Source of the DNA: an uncultured Gammaproteobacteria bacterium
GTDB lineage: Bacteria > Patescibacteriota > Patescibacteriia > Magasanikbacterales > UBA922
DNA: 64,000 bases
Assembly (NCBI GenBank): GCA_965231005.1
Contig: OZ246405.1
Coordinates: 103,204-167,203 of the forward strand
Direction: 5' to 3'
Shown: in pieces, positions 51,103 through 60,501 of the stretch
Layout: every line of letters begins with the position of its first letter
How positions within the stretch are numbered: the first letter of the stretch is position 1
Translations under genes and position numbers: made by a program
The notes under the pieces: generated by a model
The model's input: the letters and a program-made list of their open reading frames with translations, nothing else
Told to the model about the DNA's origin: nothing
Databases searched by the model: none

Positions 51103-51140
51103 AAAACACCTCCGAGTATATCAGAGGTGTTTTTTTTATT
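51103..51140. terminator. Bidirectional rho-independent terminator
   Basis: ACACCTC cgagtatatcag AGGTGT followed by TTTTTTTT. Confidence 0.7.
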
Positions 51141-51149
51141 TATTGTCTA

Positions 51150-51944
51150 CTATTTAAAAAGTAACACTAATGAAGAAACAATAACAACAGCTGCAAAAAT
51201 CATTTTCACCCATGCATTCCCCTTTTTCAATGCTGTATGAATACCAATATATCCACCAACCAACATGCCAAAAAATAATGCAAATCCATATTCCCAATGA
51301 ATCATTCCATTGCTAATAAAAATCCAAAGAGAAACAATAGAAAGCGCTACACCAGAAACACGCTGAGTCGCATTTGCCTTATTAATACTAAAACCAAAGA
51401 AAAGCATCATGATGTAGAAAATAATAGTAGACGCTCCACCTGCAAAAAAAGCTGCCCATGCAGAAGCCACAAAATACAAGCCATATCCAACACCCTTTCT
51501 TAATCCTTTGTGTTCTGTATGTACAATACCTAACTTTGGTTTTATAAGAATAACAGGAAGGAGTGTCAACATTACAACTACAATAATGCCTTTGAGTACT
51601 CCTTCATCAGTATCAATGAGTATGTTTGTACCAACAAAAGCCCCCATAGCAGCAAGGATAAAAAACCAAGGTACAAATTTCCACAAAATCTCTTTTGACT
51701 TCAAAAACCTTGTTATGGCACCTATCTGAAGTCCAAAAGATCCTAATCTATTCGTTGCAATAGCAATATGTGGAGGTAAACCTAAAAAAATGAGAAATGG
51801 AATACTGACCAGCCCACCGCCGCCTACCATAGAACCAAAAAAGGCCGCAAAGGCTCCAATAAAAAATGTAGAGATAATTCCAGGTACATTCATAATTATG
51901 TTGCTAAATAGTACAGCAACAGTATACACTAGATTTGGGAACAA
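51150..51944 (-). CDS. TSUP (TauE/SafE) family membrane transporter
   Basis: Two homologous halves with GGGLVSIPFL and ATNRLGS motifs. Confidence 0.7.
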   Translation of the reverse strand: MFPNLVYTVAVLFSNIIMNVPGIISTFFIGAFAAFFGSMVGGGGLVSIPFLIFLGLPPHIAIATNRLGSFGLQIGAITRFLKSKEILWKFVPWFFILAAMGAFVGTNILIDTDEGVLKGIIVVVMLTLLPVILIKPKLGIVHTEHKGLRKGVGYGLYFVASAWAAFFAGGASTIIFYIMMLFFGFSINKANATQRVSGVALSIVSLWIFISNGMIHWEYGFALFFGMLVGGYIGIHTALKKGNAWVKMIFAAVVIVSSLVLLFK

Positions 51945-52108
51945 CCGAAGCCTTTGGCCATTAAAATCGAGTGTTTTCCCCTATTGCACTGTGTCTTCTG
52001 ATTTGATAATATTGATAAAAGAATGGCAACCTTGTTTCCTTCACATGCCAATATACACCCACTCTCTAGAGCGGGGTCGTTTCTTTTAGAAAGCTAACAC
52101 ATACTATT

Positions 52109-52591
52109 ATGAGCACAGAACATCGCCAAAATTTCATCTCTTGGGACGAATGCTTTATGCGTATGGCACGCACCATTGCAGAGCGGTCAAAAGATCCTTC
52201 TACGCAGGCTGGAGCCGTAATCACCACAAAAGATAATGTTGTTATTGGTCTTGGATACAATGGATTCCCACGCGGTGTAGATAATGAAACTTTCCCATGG
52301 GAAAGAGATACTTCTTTGCCACTCGACGAGACAAAATATGCATATATTTGTCATGCCGAAGAAAATGCAATTTACAATGCAAACAGCAATACAAAAGGCG
52401 GAAGAATTTACTGCACACTCTTTCCTTGTAATGAATGTGCAAAGTCAATAATTCAAAATGGCATTACAGAAGTTGTATTTGAAAGCGACAAATATCACGA
52501 CACACCTGTTTGTGCAGCCTCACGAAGAATGCTTGATGCGGCAAAAGTCAGTTGTCGTCAGTATAGCTCTGATTGGGACACAGAAAAATAA
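52109..52591 (+). CDS. dCMP deaminase (ComEB-type, CDA fold)
   Basis: CHAEENAI and PCNECAKSI zinc-binding motifs. Confidence 0.8.
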   Translation: MSTEHRQNFISWDECFMRMARTIAERSKDPSTQAGAVITTKDNVVIGLGYNGFPRGVDNETFPWERDTSLPLDETKYAYICHAEENAIYNANSNTKGGRIYCTLFPCNECAKSIIQNGITEVVFESDKYHDTPVCAASRRMLDAAKVSCRQYSSDWDTEK

Positions 52592-52608
52592 ATTGAAACA
52601 GCCTTTTT

Positions 52609-53154
52609 ATGAAAAAAATAATCATTGGTATTGTTGGTGAAAATGCATCTGGAAAAACAACAATGACAAATTATCTAAAAGAAAAATACGGAGCAATATC
52701 GTTTCGTTTTTCAGATATGCTCTCTGACATCCTTGATCGAGTCCATGTTGAAAAAAATAGAGAAAACCTTCAAGCGCTTTCTACATTTTTACGTCAAACG
52801 TACGGAGAAGACATTATGTCAAAAACACTGGCAAAGGATGTTGAACTTTCTACAAATAATGTTATTGTCACTGAAGGGATACGAAGACCAAGTGATATAA
52901 CCTATTTAAAAAATATGGAAGGTTTTATGCTTGTAGCAATTGTTGCAGACATGAAAGAACGATATGGCCGACTAAAATTCAGAAATGAAAAAAGCGATGA
53001 CAAAGAAAAAACATGGGAGCAATTTCAAATTGATGCAGAGCATGAGTCAGAACAAAAAATTGCTGAAATTGCAAAAGAAGCAGATGTTGTTATTTCAAAT
53101 AACGGGACGATTGAAGAATTATATGCACAAATTGATGAGATGATTCGCGTATGA
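52609..53154 (+). CDS. P-loop nucleotide/nucleoside kinase-like protein (dNMP-kinase or dephospho-CoA-kinase-like fold)
   Basis: Walker A IGIVGENASGKTT. 181 aa. Embedded in the thymidylate block. Confidence 0.5.
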   Translation: MKKIIIGIVGENASGKTTMTNYLKEKYGAISFRFSDMLSDILDRVHVEKNRENLQALSTFLRQTYGEDIMSKTLAKDVELSTNNVIVTEGIRRPSDITYLKNMEGFMLVAIVADMKERYGRLKFRNEKSDDKEKTWEQFQIDAEHESEQKIAEIAKEADVVISNNGTIEELYAQIDEMIRV

Positions 53155-53573
53155 AGCTAAAAGTAAAAATGCTCAAGGAAAATGCAAAAATGCCAAGCTA
53201 TGCTCATCCAGGAGATGTTGGTTTAGATCTATATTCTACAGAAGATTATACTCTCCAACCTGGAGAACGGAAAATATTTTATGTAGGTTTTGCGCTTGAA
53301 TTCGATTTTGGACATGCAGCAATTGTAAAAGATAAAAGTGGTATGGCTGCAGCTGGAATACATACGTGTGGTGGTGTTTTTGATGCAGGATACAGAGGAG
53401 AATATAATGCACAGTTAGTAAATTTTGGAACTGAACCATACGAGGTAAAGGAAGGACAAAAAATTGCACAACTTATTATTTACCCAGTAATTATTGGAGA
53501 ATTAGAAAAAGCTGATGAACTTTCTGATACTTCGAGAGGAGAAGGAAAAATGGGAAGCACAGGGAAGTTTTAG
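53151..53573 (+). CDS. dut: dUTP diphosphatase
   Basis: AGIHTCGGVFDAGYRGEY and C-terminal RGEGKMGSTG motifs. Confidence 0.85.
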   Translation: MKLKVKMLKENAKMPSYAHPGDVGLDLYSTEDYTLQPGERKIFYVGFALEFDFGHAAIVKDKSGMAAAGIHTCGGVFDAGYRGEYNAQLVNFGTEPYEVKEGQKIAQLIIYPVIIGELEKADELSDTSRGEGKMGSTGKF

Positions 53574-53595
53574 TTGAAAACTAAAACTTCGTTGA

Positions 53596-53686
53596 TTGGT
53601 TAATTAGTTTATTAGTTAATTAGGAGTCTAAGAAAAATTTTTCTTATTAATACAATTAACTAATTAACCAGTTAACAAATTAACGA
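53596..53686. repeat. AT-rich inverted repeat of TTAATTAG/AATTAAC units between dut and thyA
   Basis: TTGGTTAATTAGTTTATTAGTTAATTAGG ... AATTAACTAATTAACCAGTTAACAAATTAACG. Confidence 0.6.
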
Positions 53687-53690
53687 ATCT

Positions 53691-54563
53691 ATGAAGTCAT
53701 ATCTTGATATTGTTCGTCGCGTATTAAACGAAGGCGTAGAAAAAACCAACAGAACAGATACAAGCGCCATTGCAATTGCTGGCGCTATGTTTGAACATGA
53801 CATGGCAAAAGGATTTCCCCTTCTGACAACAAAAAAAATGCCGTTTAAAGTTATTGCAACAGAATTAGAATTTTTTATAAAAGGAATCACAGACAAAGAG
53901 TGGTTAAAAGAAAGAAAAAATCATATTTGGGATGAATGGGCACATCCACACAAAGCACCATATGGACATGATGAAGCGTCAAAACAACGAATGATGGAAG
54001 AACGTGACCTTGGACCAATTTACGGATTTCAATGGAGAAATTTTAATGCCAATTACAAAGATTATGATACAGACTACAGTGGACAAGGAGTTGATCAATT
54101 AAAAAAAGTAGTTGAAACACTCAAAACAAACCCAAACGACAGAAGAATGATTGTTATGGCGTGGAATCCATGTATGTTAGACCAGATGGCACTTCCACCA
54201 TGCCACTATGGTTTTCAAGTAACAGTAACAAATGGAAAACTCAATCTCCTGTGGAATCAACGGTCTGTAGATGTAATGCTTGGTCTTCCATTCAATATAG
54301 CAAGCTATGCACTTTTACTTCACCTTCTTGCAAAAGAAACTGGACTACAAGAAGGAAGACTTATTGGTTTTCTTGGAGATGTCCACGTATATTCAAATCA
54401 TGTCGAAGGTGCAAAAGAACAACTTGCACGTGATCCAGACCTTTACCCACTTTGTAAAATTGTAACAGACCCATTTACTTCAATTTTTGAATGGGAAGCA
54501 GGACACACCAAAAAAACAGGATATAAAAGTCATCCTAAAATCCCATTTCAAATAGCAGTCTAA
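53691..54563 (+). CDS. thyA: Thymidylate synthase (ThyA)
   Basis: 290 aa. Catalytic region LPPCHYGFQ and folate-binding motifs. Confidence 0.9.
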   Translation: MKSYLDIVRRVLNEGVEKTNRTDTSAIAIAGAMFEHDMAKGFPLLTTKKMPFKVIATELEFFIKGITDKEWLKERKNHIWDEWAHPHKAPYGHDEASKQRMMEERDLGPIYGFQWRNFNANYKDYDTDYSGQGVDQLKKVVETLKTNPNDRRMIVMAWNPCMLDQMALPPCHYGFQVTVTNGKLNLLWNQRSVDVMLGLPFNIASYALLLHLLAKETGLQEGRLIGFLGDVHVYSNHVEGAKEQLARDPDLYPLCKIVTDPFTSIFEWEAGHTKKTGYKSHPKIPFQIAV

Positions 54564-54735
54564 AAAGGCCAAAAAGGCTTTAAATGCCTTAAATGCCATA
54601 AACGCTAACATTGAAAAAAATAACATGATAGAGTACCTTGAGGAGGTAATCAAAATTTCTAAAAATAATTTAATTTGGTTCAGAAATATCAAATAAGCCT
54701 TTAAGGCCTTTGGAGCTTTTACGGCATTTACAGCA
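54563..54735. repeat. Copy 4 of the GCCTTTAAAGGC palindromic repeat family (two inverted half-arrays about 90 bp apart) upstream of folA
   Basis: AAAAGGCCAAAAAGGCTTTAAATGCCTTAAATGCCATAAACGC ... AAGCCTTTAAGGCCTTTGGAGCTTTTACGGCATTTACAGC. Confidence 0.7.
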
Positions 54736-54742
54736 TTTTTAT

Positions 54743-55216
54743 ATGATTTCTTTAATTGCTGCAATATCAGAAAATAATGTTATTGGTGTTGACAATGACC
54801 TTCCTTGGCATATTCCAGAAGATCTTAAACATTTCAAAGAAAAGACAAGTGGAAAAACAGTGCTCATGGGAAGAAAAACCTGGGAGTCTATTCCAGAAAA
54901 ATTTCGCCCCCTTCCAAAAAGAACAAATATTGTTATCACAAGACAAAAAGATTATAAAGTCCCTGAAGGAGTTGAATTATTTTTTGATATTGAAACGGCT
55001 CTTGAAAAACATAAAGGAGAAGATGTGGTTGTTATTGGCGGTGGAACAATTTACGAACAAACAATTGAAAAAGCAGACACACTCTACATTACTCATGTTG
55101 AAAAAACGATTGATGGCCATGCATTTTTCCCGTCTATAGATACTACCCAATGGAAAGAGACCGAACGCGACAACCGAGAAGGATTCTCGTTTGTTACCTA
55201 CAAAAAAAATGAATAA
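54743..55216 (+). CDS. folA: Dihydrofolate reductase
   Basis: ISLIAAISENNVIGVDNDLPWHIPEDLKHFK, GRKTWESIP and GGGTIYE motifs. Confidence 0.85.
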   Translation: MISLIAAISENNVIGVDNDLPWHIPEDLKHFKEKTSGKTVLMGRKTWESIPEKFRPLPKRTNIVITRQKDYKVPEGVELFFDIETALEKHKGEDVVVIGGGTIYEQTIEKADTLYITHVEKTIDGHAFFPSIDTTQWKETERDNREGFSFVTYKKNE

Positions 55217-55229
55217 CTAATAAACAAAT

Positions 55230-55273
55230 AGCCTTTTGAGCCTTTATGGCTTTTAAGGCATTTAAAGCCTTTT
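55230..55273. repeat. Copy 5 of the GCCTTTAAAGGC palindromic repeat family, upstream of tmk
   Basis: GCCTTTTGAGCCTTTATGGCTTTTAAGGCATTTAAAGCCTTTT. Confidence 0.7.
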
Positions 55274-55276
55274 ATT

Positions 55277-55984
55277 ATGTTTATCATGATCGATGGTATT
55301 GATGGCTCTGGAAAAAGTACCATCATGAATGCCTGGACAGAACAACTTATATCAGAAGGAAAGTCTGTTTTTAATATCAAGGATTATTGGAATAAACATC
55401 ATTCACATCCGCAGGCCGAAGAACTGCAGACCTACGATGTTATTATTTCTGCAGAACCTACGACAGTCTGGGTTGGTGCTGCAATTCGACAAGAAATAAT
55501 AGCAAATGATACAAATTATTCTGCTCTTGCAACAGCAGCAGCATATTCACTCGACAGACACATTTTATATACTCGCCTACTTATTCCGCTACTCCAAGCA
55601 GGAAAAATTGTTATTCAAGATCGAGGTGTTTCTACTTCTTTATGCTATCAACCAATACAAGATAGTGATTTAAGCGTAGAGCGGGTAGCAAGTCTTGAAG
55701 GAAATGCTCTTGCACTCGATCACCGGCCAGATCATTTGATTATCGCAGATGTTGATGTTGAAAAAGCACTCGATCGATTGGGTGGAAGACATGAGAAAAA
55801 AGACGATGCGCAGTTTGAAAAGAAAGAGTTCCTTGAAAAAGCAAAACAATCGTTTCTGAGTGAAACATTCCAAAAAAACTTTTTATCTCGCGGAACACAG
55901 GTACATACATTGAATACAGACGAAAATATTGATATAATGAAAACGAAAGCAATTGAATTGCTCTCAGACATTTTTAAGTCATAA
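55277..55984 (+). CDS. tmk: Thymidylate kinase
   Basis: Walker A IDGIDGSGKST and the DR(Y/H) region. 235 aa. Confidence 0.8.
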   Translation: MFIMIDGIDGSGKSTIMNAWTEQLISEGKSVFNIKDYWNKHHSHPQAEELQTYDVIISAEPTTVWVGAAIRQEIIANDTNYSALATAAAYSLDRHILYTRLLIPLLQAGKIVIQDRGVSTSLCYQPIQDSDLSVERVASLEGNALALDHRPDHLIIADVDVEKALDRLGGRHEKKDDAQFEKKEFLEKAKQSFLSETFQKNFLSRGTQVHTLNTDENIDIMKTKAIELLSDIFKS

Positions 55985-55993
55985 AAAAGTAGT

Positions 55994-56731
55994 ATGCTTA
56001 TATCAGCAAAAGATCTGATCAATCGAAGTATCGATCTTTACAAAAATAAATCAGAACATCTTCTTCCATATGTGTGGCTTCTCCTTATCCCAACAGGACT
56101 CACTGGATTAGTTCAAATGTGGACAGAATTTAATGGTGAAGTCTTTTCAATTACATCAATTGTTCTTGCAATTATCTTCTCAATCTTTAGTTTGTGGTTT
56201 ACTGTTGTCTTTATCCGTGTTATTGCAGAACTATTTGAAAATAGACAACCAAAAGGCATGAAAAAAGAACTTGAAGAAGCACGCCACCTTATTATTCCAA
56301 TTATTATCGCATCAATTTTAAGTGGTTTAGCAGTTATTGCTGGACTTATTCTATTTGTTATCCCTGGAATCATCTTTGCAATTTGGTTTGCGTTTGTAAG
56401 TCAAGCAGTTGCTCTTGATCATAAAGAAAACGGGGGTGCACTTAGAATGAGTAAAGCACTTGTCCAAGGAAGATGGTGGGCAGTATTTTGGAGACTCCTT
56501 GCACCAGGATTTGTATTTACAATCTTCATTTGGATTGTACAAGCAATTGTTGGCCTTCCACTTGGATATTTACTAGGTCTATTTGAGCCAAACTCAAGCC
56601 TCTTTATCTTAGGTTCTGTACTATTTGTCCTTGCTATGGCGCTTGTTGCTGTATTATTTGTACCGCTTGTTACAGCAGCACCAACACTCCTCTATCTTGA
56701 GCTAAAAAGAACAATGTCAAAGAAGAGTTAG
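55994..56731 (+). CDS. Polytopic membrane protein of unknown function
   Basis: 245 aa, about 6 TM. Confidence 0.45.
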   Translation: MLISAKDLINRSIDLYKNKSEHLLPYVWLLLIPTGLTGLVQMWTEFNGEVFSITSIVLAIIFSIFSLWFTVVFIRVIAELFENRQPKGMKKELEEARHLIIPIIIASILSGLAVIAGLILFVIPGIIFAIWFAFVSQAVALDHKENGGALRMSKALVQGRWWAVFWRLLAPGFVFTIFIWIVQAIVGLPLGYLLGLFEPNSSLFILGSVLFVLAMALVAVLFVPLVTAAPTLLYLELKRTMSKKS

Positions 56732-56797
56732 AAAACAAAAAATGAAAAAAGGCTCTCAATTGAGAGTCTTTTCAATTTAGCATGAGAATGGTACTAT

Positions 56798-58354
56798 GTG
56801 TCTATGAATACATATCAAGCAATCATTGGAATGGAGGTGCATGTAGAGCTCAAAACACTGAGCAAGATGTTTTGTAGTTGCAAAAATGAACCTGAACTAA
56901 AAGATCCAAATACAAATATTTGTGAAATCTGCCTTGGTCATCCTGGCACACTTCCTGTTCCAAATAAGCAAGCAATTATTTGGACAGCACTTATTGGAAA
57001 AGCACTTGGCTGTTCAATACGAGATCTGTCAAAATTTGATAGAAAACACTATTTTTATCCTGACCTTCCAAAAGGATATCAAATATCACAGTATGATGAG
57101 CCAATTGCTGAACATGGCAGCATAACACTCCGTTTCCCGCTTGAAGATAATATACGAGATGAAGCAGTCATTGGGATTGAACGGGCTCATTTAGAAGAAG
57201 ATACAGCTAAATTGCTGCATAATACTGACAAAAGCACACTTGTGGATTTTAATCGAGCAGGGACACCACTTGTAGAAATTGTTACAAAACCACATTTTCG
57301 TTCTGCGCTCGAAGCAAAAGTATACTGCCAAGAATTGCGCACACTTTTTCGATTCCTTGAAGTAAGTAATGCAGATATGGAAAAAGGACAGATGCGATGC
57401 GAAGCAAATGTGTCTGTCCAAGAGGCAGGAAAATTTGAAATTGTTGATTCAATTGTAAAACCACTTGGAGACTATGAACTTAATGCAAAAGTTGAAGTAA
57501 AAAATATAAATTCATTTAAGGCAGTTGAAAAAGCAATTGAATTTGAAATCAAAAGACAAACTGAAATGCTAGAAAAAGGAGAAACATGGGTGCAGCAAAC
57601 TCGCGGCTGGAATGAAAATACAAATGAGACAGTGCTTCAACGAACAAAAGAAAATGCTGCTGATTATAGATACTTTCCTGATCCAGATATTCCACCATTT
57701 CATCCAAAAGAACTTTCAAAAGATGTTAGCATTCCAGAACTTCCTCAGGCAAAGCGTATCCGTTTTCATGAAGAATATGGTTTTTCATATGCTGACGCAA
57801 ACATATTGGCAAATACAAAAAAATGGGCAAACTTTACTGAATCAGTCATGAGTGAATTGGTTGAATGGCTCTATGCACTTCCAGAAGTAAAAGGAGAAAG
57901 TGATGAGATTAAGGAAGAAAAGAAATCAAAGATAGCCCGCCTTGCAGGAGGATGGATTACTACAAAATTAATGGGGATCATGAAAGAAAAAGGACTTGAT
58001 GTTTCTGATCTTCAGGTGTCAGCAGAAAATTTTGCAGAATTAATTGCATTGGTATATACAAAAAGAGTCAACTCTACAAATGCGCAAAAAATTCTTTTGG
58101 AAATGGTTGAAAGTCCTACAGACAAAGACCCAACACATATTATGGAAGAAAAAGGATATGGACAAATATCTGATGAAGGTGCGCTCGGAAAAACAATTGA
58201 TGATGTCATTAAGAATCATCCAAAACAGGTTGAACAATTTAAGTCTGGAAAAGATCCTATTATCAAATTTTTGATTGGAATGGTTATGAAAGTAACAGAA
58301 GGAAGTGCTGATCCTGCTGTTGCTGAAAAGATGTTGAGAGAGAAGTTAGGATAA
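56798..58354 (+). CDS. gatB: Asp-tRNA(Asn)/Glu-tRNA(Gln) amidotransferase subunit B
   Basis: N-terminal IGMEVHVEL..CSC motif, GatB central region, C-terminal YqeY-like domain. Confidence 0.9.
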   Translation: MSMNTYQAIIGMEVHVELKTLSKMFCSCKNEPELKDPNTNICEICLGHPGTLPVPNKQAIIWTALIGKALGCSIRDLSKFDRKHYFYPDLPKGYQISQYDEPIAEHGSITLRFPLEDNIRDEAVIGIERAHLEEDTAKLLHNTDKSTLVDFNRAGTPLVEIVTKPHFRSALEAKVYCQELRTLFRFLEVSNADMEKGQMRCEANVSVQEAGKFEIVDSIVKPLGDYELNAKVEVKNINSFKAVEKAIEFEIKRQTEMLEKGETWVQQTRGWNENTNETVLQRTKENAADYRYFPDPDIPPFHPKELSKDVSIPELPQAKRIRFHEEYGFSYADANILANTKKWANFTESVMSELVEWLYALPEVKGESDEIKEEKKSKIARLAGGWITTKLMGIMKEKGLDVSDLQVSAENFAELIALVYTKRVNSTNAQKILLEMVESPTDKDPTHIMEEKGYGQISDEGALGKTIDDVIKNHPKQVEQFKSGKDPIIKFLIGMVMKVTEGSADPAVAEKMLREKLG

Positions 58355-58371
58355 AAAGGCTCCAAAAAAAT

Positions 58372-58408
58372 TCACCCCCCGACGTTGTCGGGGGATTTTT
58401 TTCCTTCT
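58372..58408. terminator. Bidirectional rho-independent terminator
   Basis: CCCCCCGACG ttgt CGGGGG followed by ATTTTTTT. Confidence 0.75.
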
Positions 58409-58416
58409 AATAGTTC

Positions 58417-59253
58417 TTACAAATCTCGAACCTTTCGGATGAAATCAGCACACCACGGCCAGTGACATTCGTAGAGATACAAGTCGAACGCTTTCTCTTC
58501 TCCGACTGGAGGTGATTCAACAAGATCAAAGCGAACGTGGACATCTCCGAGTTGGTGGAATAGCAGTTCAGGAATGCTTGTGGCACCATGTTCTGTAGCA
58601 ACCACGACTCGAACCCACTGCGCATCGGGAAGTGCTTGAGCAAGCGCTTTCATTCCTTTTGCACGAGGAGTCATGATGACATCACAGGATTCAGCCAGCC
58701 GATCCAACTTTTTATCTTTTGCCCAAGCAAAGGAACGCATTCTTCCTTGCTTGTCACCGCGTGTACCGTCTGGGAACAGTTGAATGCAGATTTTACTGCC
58801 TGGGAAACGTTGAACGCCTGAACGAATCGCAGGGACTGCCTGCGTAGCATCACCTCGATCGACAAGGACACCCCCAAGCATTTTTACAGCCCAACCAAAT
58901 GGGCCCCTTTTCAGCTCGATCTTGCCAATAGGGATAAACAAATGCTTTTTGAAGAGTTTGTCCACTGCAGCAGCGTATTCTGGAAGTTCATGTGCAAATG
59001 GATGTGGGCCCCACACCACGACTGGCCGATCTGGATCTAAGCCCATCAAATTGACCTCGAGGATTACCTTGCGGCCAAAAGCGATGCGTAAGACAGGAGC
59101 GATCCATGGGCCCCACTGATGTGCAAACCAATTGGCATGTTTTGCCGAGAGGAACACACCAGATAGGAGCGCAAGCAACACAACAAGGCTGCTAATCATG
59201 AATGCGACTAATACACCGAAAAGAACCCGAAAAGCTCTTAAAAACGCCCTCAT
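58417..59253 (-). CDS. Membrane-anchored lysophospholipid acyltransferase-like protein (PlsC/LPLAT family), GC-rich (about 50%)
   Basis: FPDGTRGD matches acyltransferase motif III (FPEGTR). The N-terminal TM is present; the HxxxxD motif is not clearly conserved. Confidence 0.45.
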   Translation of the reverse strand: MRAFLRAFRVLFGVLVAFMISSLVVLLALLSGVFLSAKHANWFAHQWGPWIAPVLRIAFGRKVILEVNLMGLDPDRPVVVWGPHPFAHELPEYAAAVDKLFKKHLFIPIGKIELKRGPFGWAVKMLGGVLVDRGDATQAVPAIRSGVQRFPGSKICIQLFPDGTRGDKQGRMRSFAWAKDKKLDRLAESCDVIMTPRAKGMKALAQALPDAQWVRVVVATEHGATSIPELLFHQLGDVHVRFDLVESPPVGEEKAFDLYLYECHWPWCADFIRKVRDL

Positions 59254-59421
59254 ATGCCCTCCTTCTTGGGAATACAGCAGTACTCAACCAAGAAATACAC
59301 TATCTCAAAGGAGATAGATGAGTGTTCTGTGAAAAGACCTTACCATGGTCTTCTGAGTAGTGTCAAAATGCGGATTTATCCCCTTGCCCTCATATGTATA
59401 GTATGATACTATCCAAACAGT

Positions 59422-60486
59422 ATGAATACTCCAGAAGCAGCAATTCAAGATGAACAGAAAACAGCGGCCACTCCGATGAGGAGTGGTCTTTTTTATGAAA
59501 AAGATTCAGATGGCTTTTATCCATGGGATTTGAAGTCTAAGTTTCTCTCTAAAGTAAAAGAGCGAGGTGGTTTTGTGAATGGACACCTTCATTTAGATAA
59601 ATCATTTTATATTTCAAAAGGAGGTCTTGAAGACAGCATGGTAGCAATGGAAAAAAAGTGGAGAATGAGTGACTCTATTAAAAGAGCAGATACACAAAAA
59701 GATATTGAAAAACGAATAGAACTTGGACTACAAATGCTTATGCATCATGGTGTTTCAAGGGCAATGAGTTTTATTGATGCTTACAGCGCAGTTGGAACAA
59801 AAGCTATCGATGCAGCAGTCATCATGCAAGAAAAATATAAAGACAACATCGAGTTTCTTACTTCAACACAACCACTCGGAGGACTTGTAGATGCTTCTGA
59901 AAGAAATCTTTTTGAAGAAGTAAGTTCAAAAGCAGACACTGTTGGTGGACTTCCCTCTTTTGACAGACCAAACGACGACAAACATTTTGATGCACTGTTT
60001 TCAATAGCAAAAAATTTAAATAAACCACTCCATGTTCATATTGACCAAGAAAACAATCCAAATGAACGGGACACAGAAAAATTAATATCATACACAAAAA
60101 AACATGGCTACGAAGGAAGAGTTGTAGCAGTCCATGCCGTGTCTACATCAGCACAGCCAAAGAAACTCCGGCAACGCATATACAAAGAACTAGCTGATCT
60201 AGGAATCGCTGTAATTGTCTGCCCATCTGCCATGCTTTCACAAAAGCAATTAGATCATTTTGTCGGACCTATTCATAATTCAATTGCAAATGTTCCTGAA
60301 ATGCTCGAGGCTGGAGTATTGGTCGGACTCGGATCTGATGACATGCGTGATTTTTACCTACCGTTTACAGATGGTGACATGTGGACAGAAATCCGTATGC
60401 TTATGGAAGCCTGCAGATTCTATGATTTTCCAGAGCTTCTAAACATTTGTACAACAAATGGACAAAAAATATTATCAATAACATAA
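59422..60486 (+). CDS. Amidohydrolase-superfamily metal-dependent hydrolase (cytosine/guanine deaminase-like)
   Basis: GHLHLDK metal-binding motif, downstream HVHID and GSDD motifs. Confidence 0.6.
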   Translation: MNTPEAAIQDEQKTAATPMRSGLFYEKDSDGFYPWDLKSKFLSKVKERGGFVNGHLHLDKSFYISKGGLEDSMVAMEKKWRMSDSIKRADTQKDIEKRIELGLQMLMHHGVSRAMSFIDAYSAVGTKAIDAAVIMQEKYKDNIEFLTSTQPLGGLVDASERNLFEEVSSKADTVGGLPSFDRPNDDKHFDALFSIAKNLNKPLHVHIDQENNPNERDTEKLISYTKKHGYEGRVVAVHAVSTSAQPKKLRQRIYKELADLGIAVIVCPSAMLSQKQLDHFVGPIHNSIANVPEMLEAGVLVGLGSDDMRDFYLPFTDGDMWTEIRMLMEACRFYDFPELLNICTTNGQKILSIT

Positions 60487-60501
60487 TTACTTACATATCA
60501 T

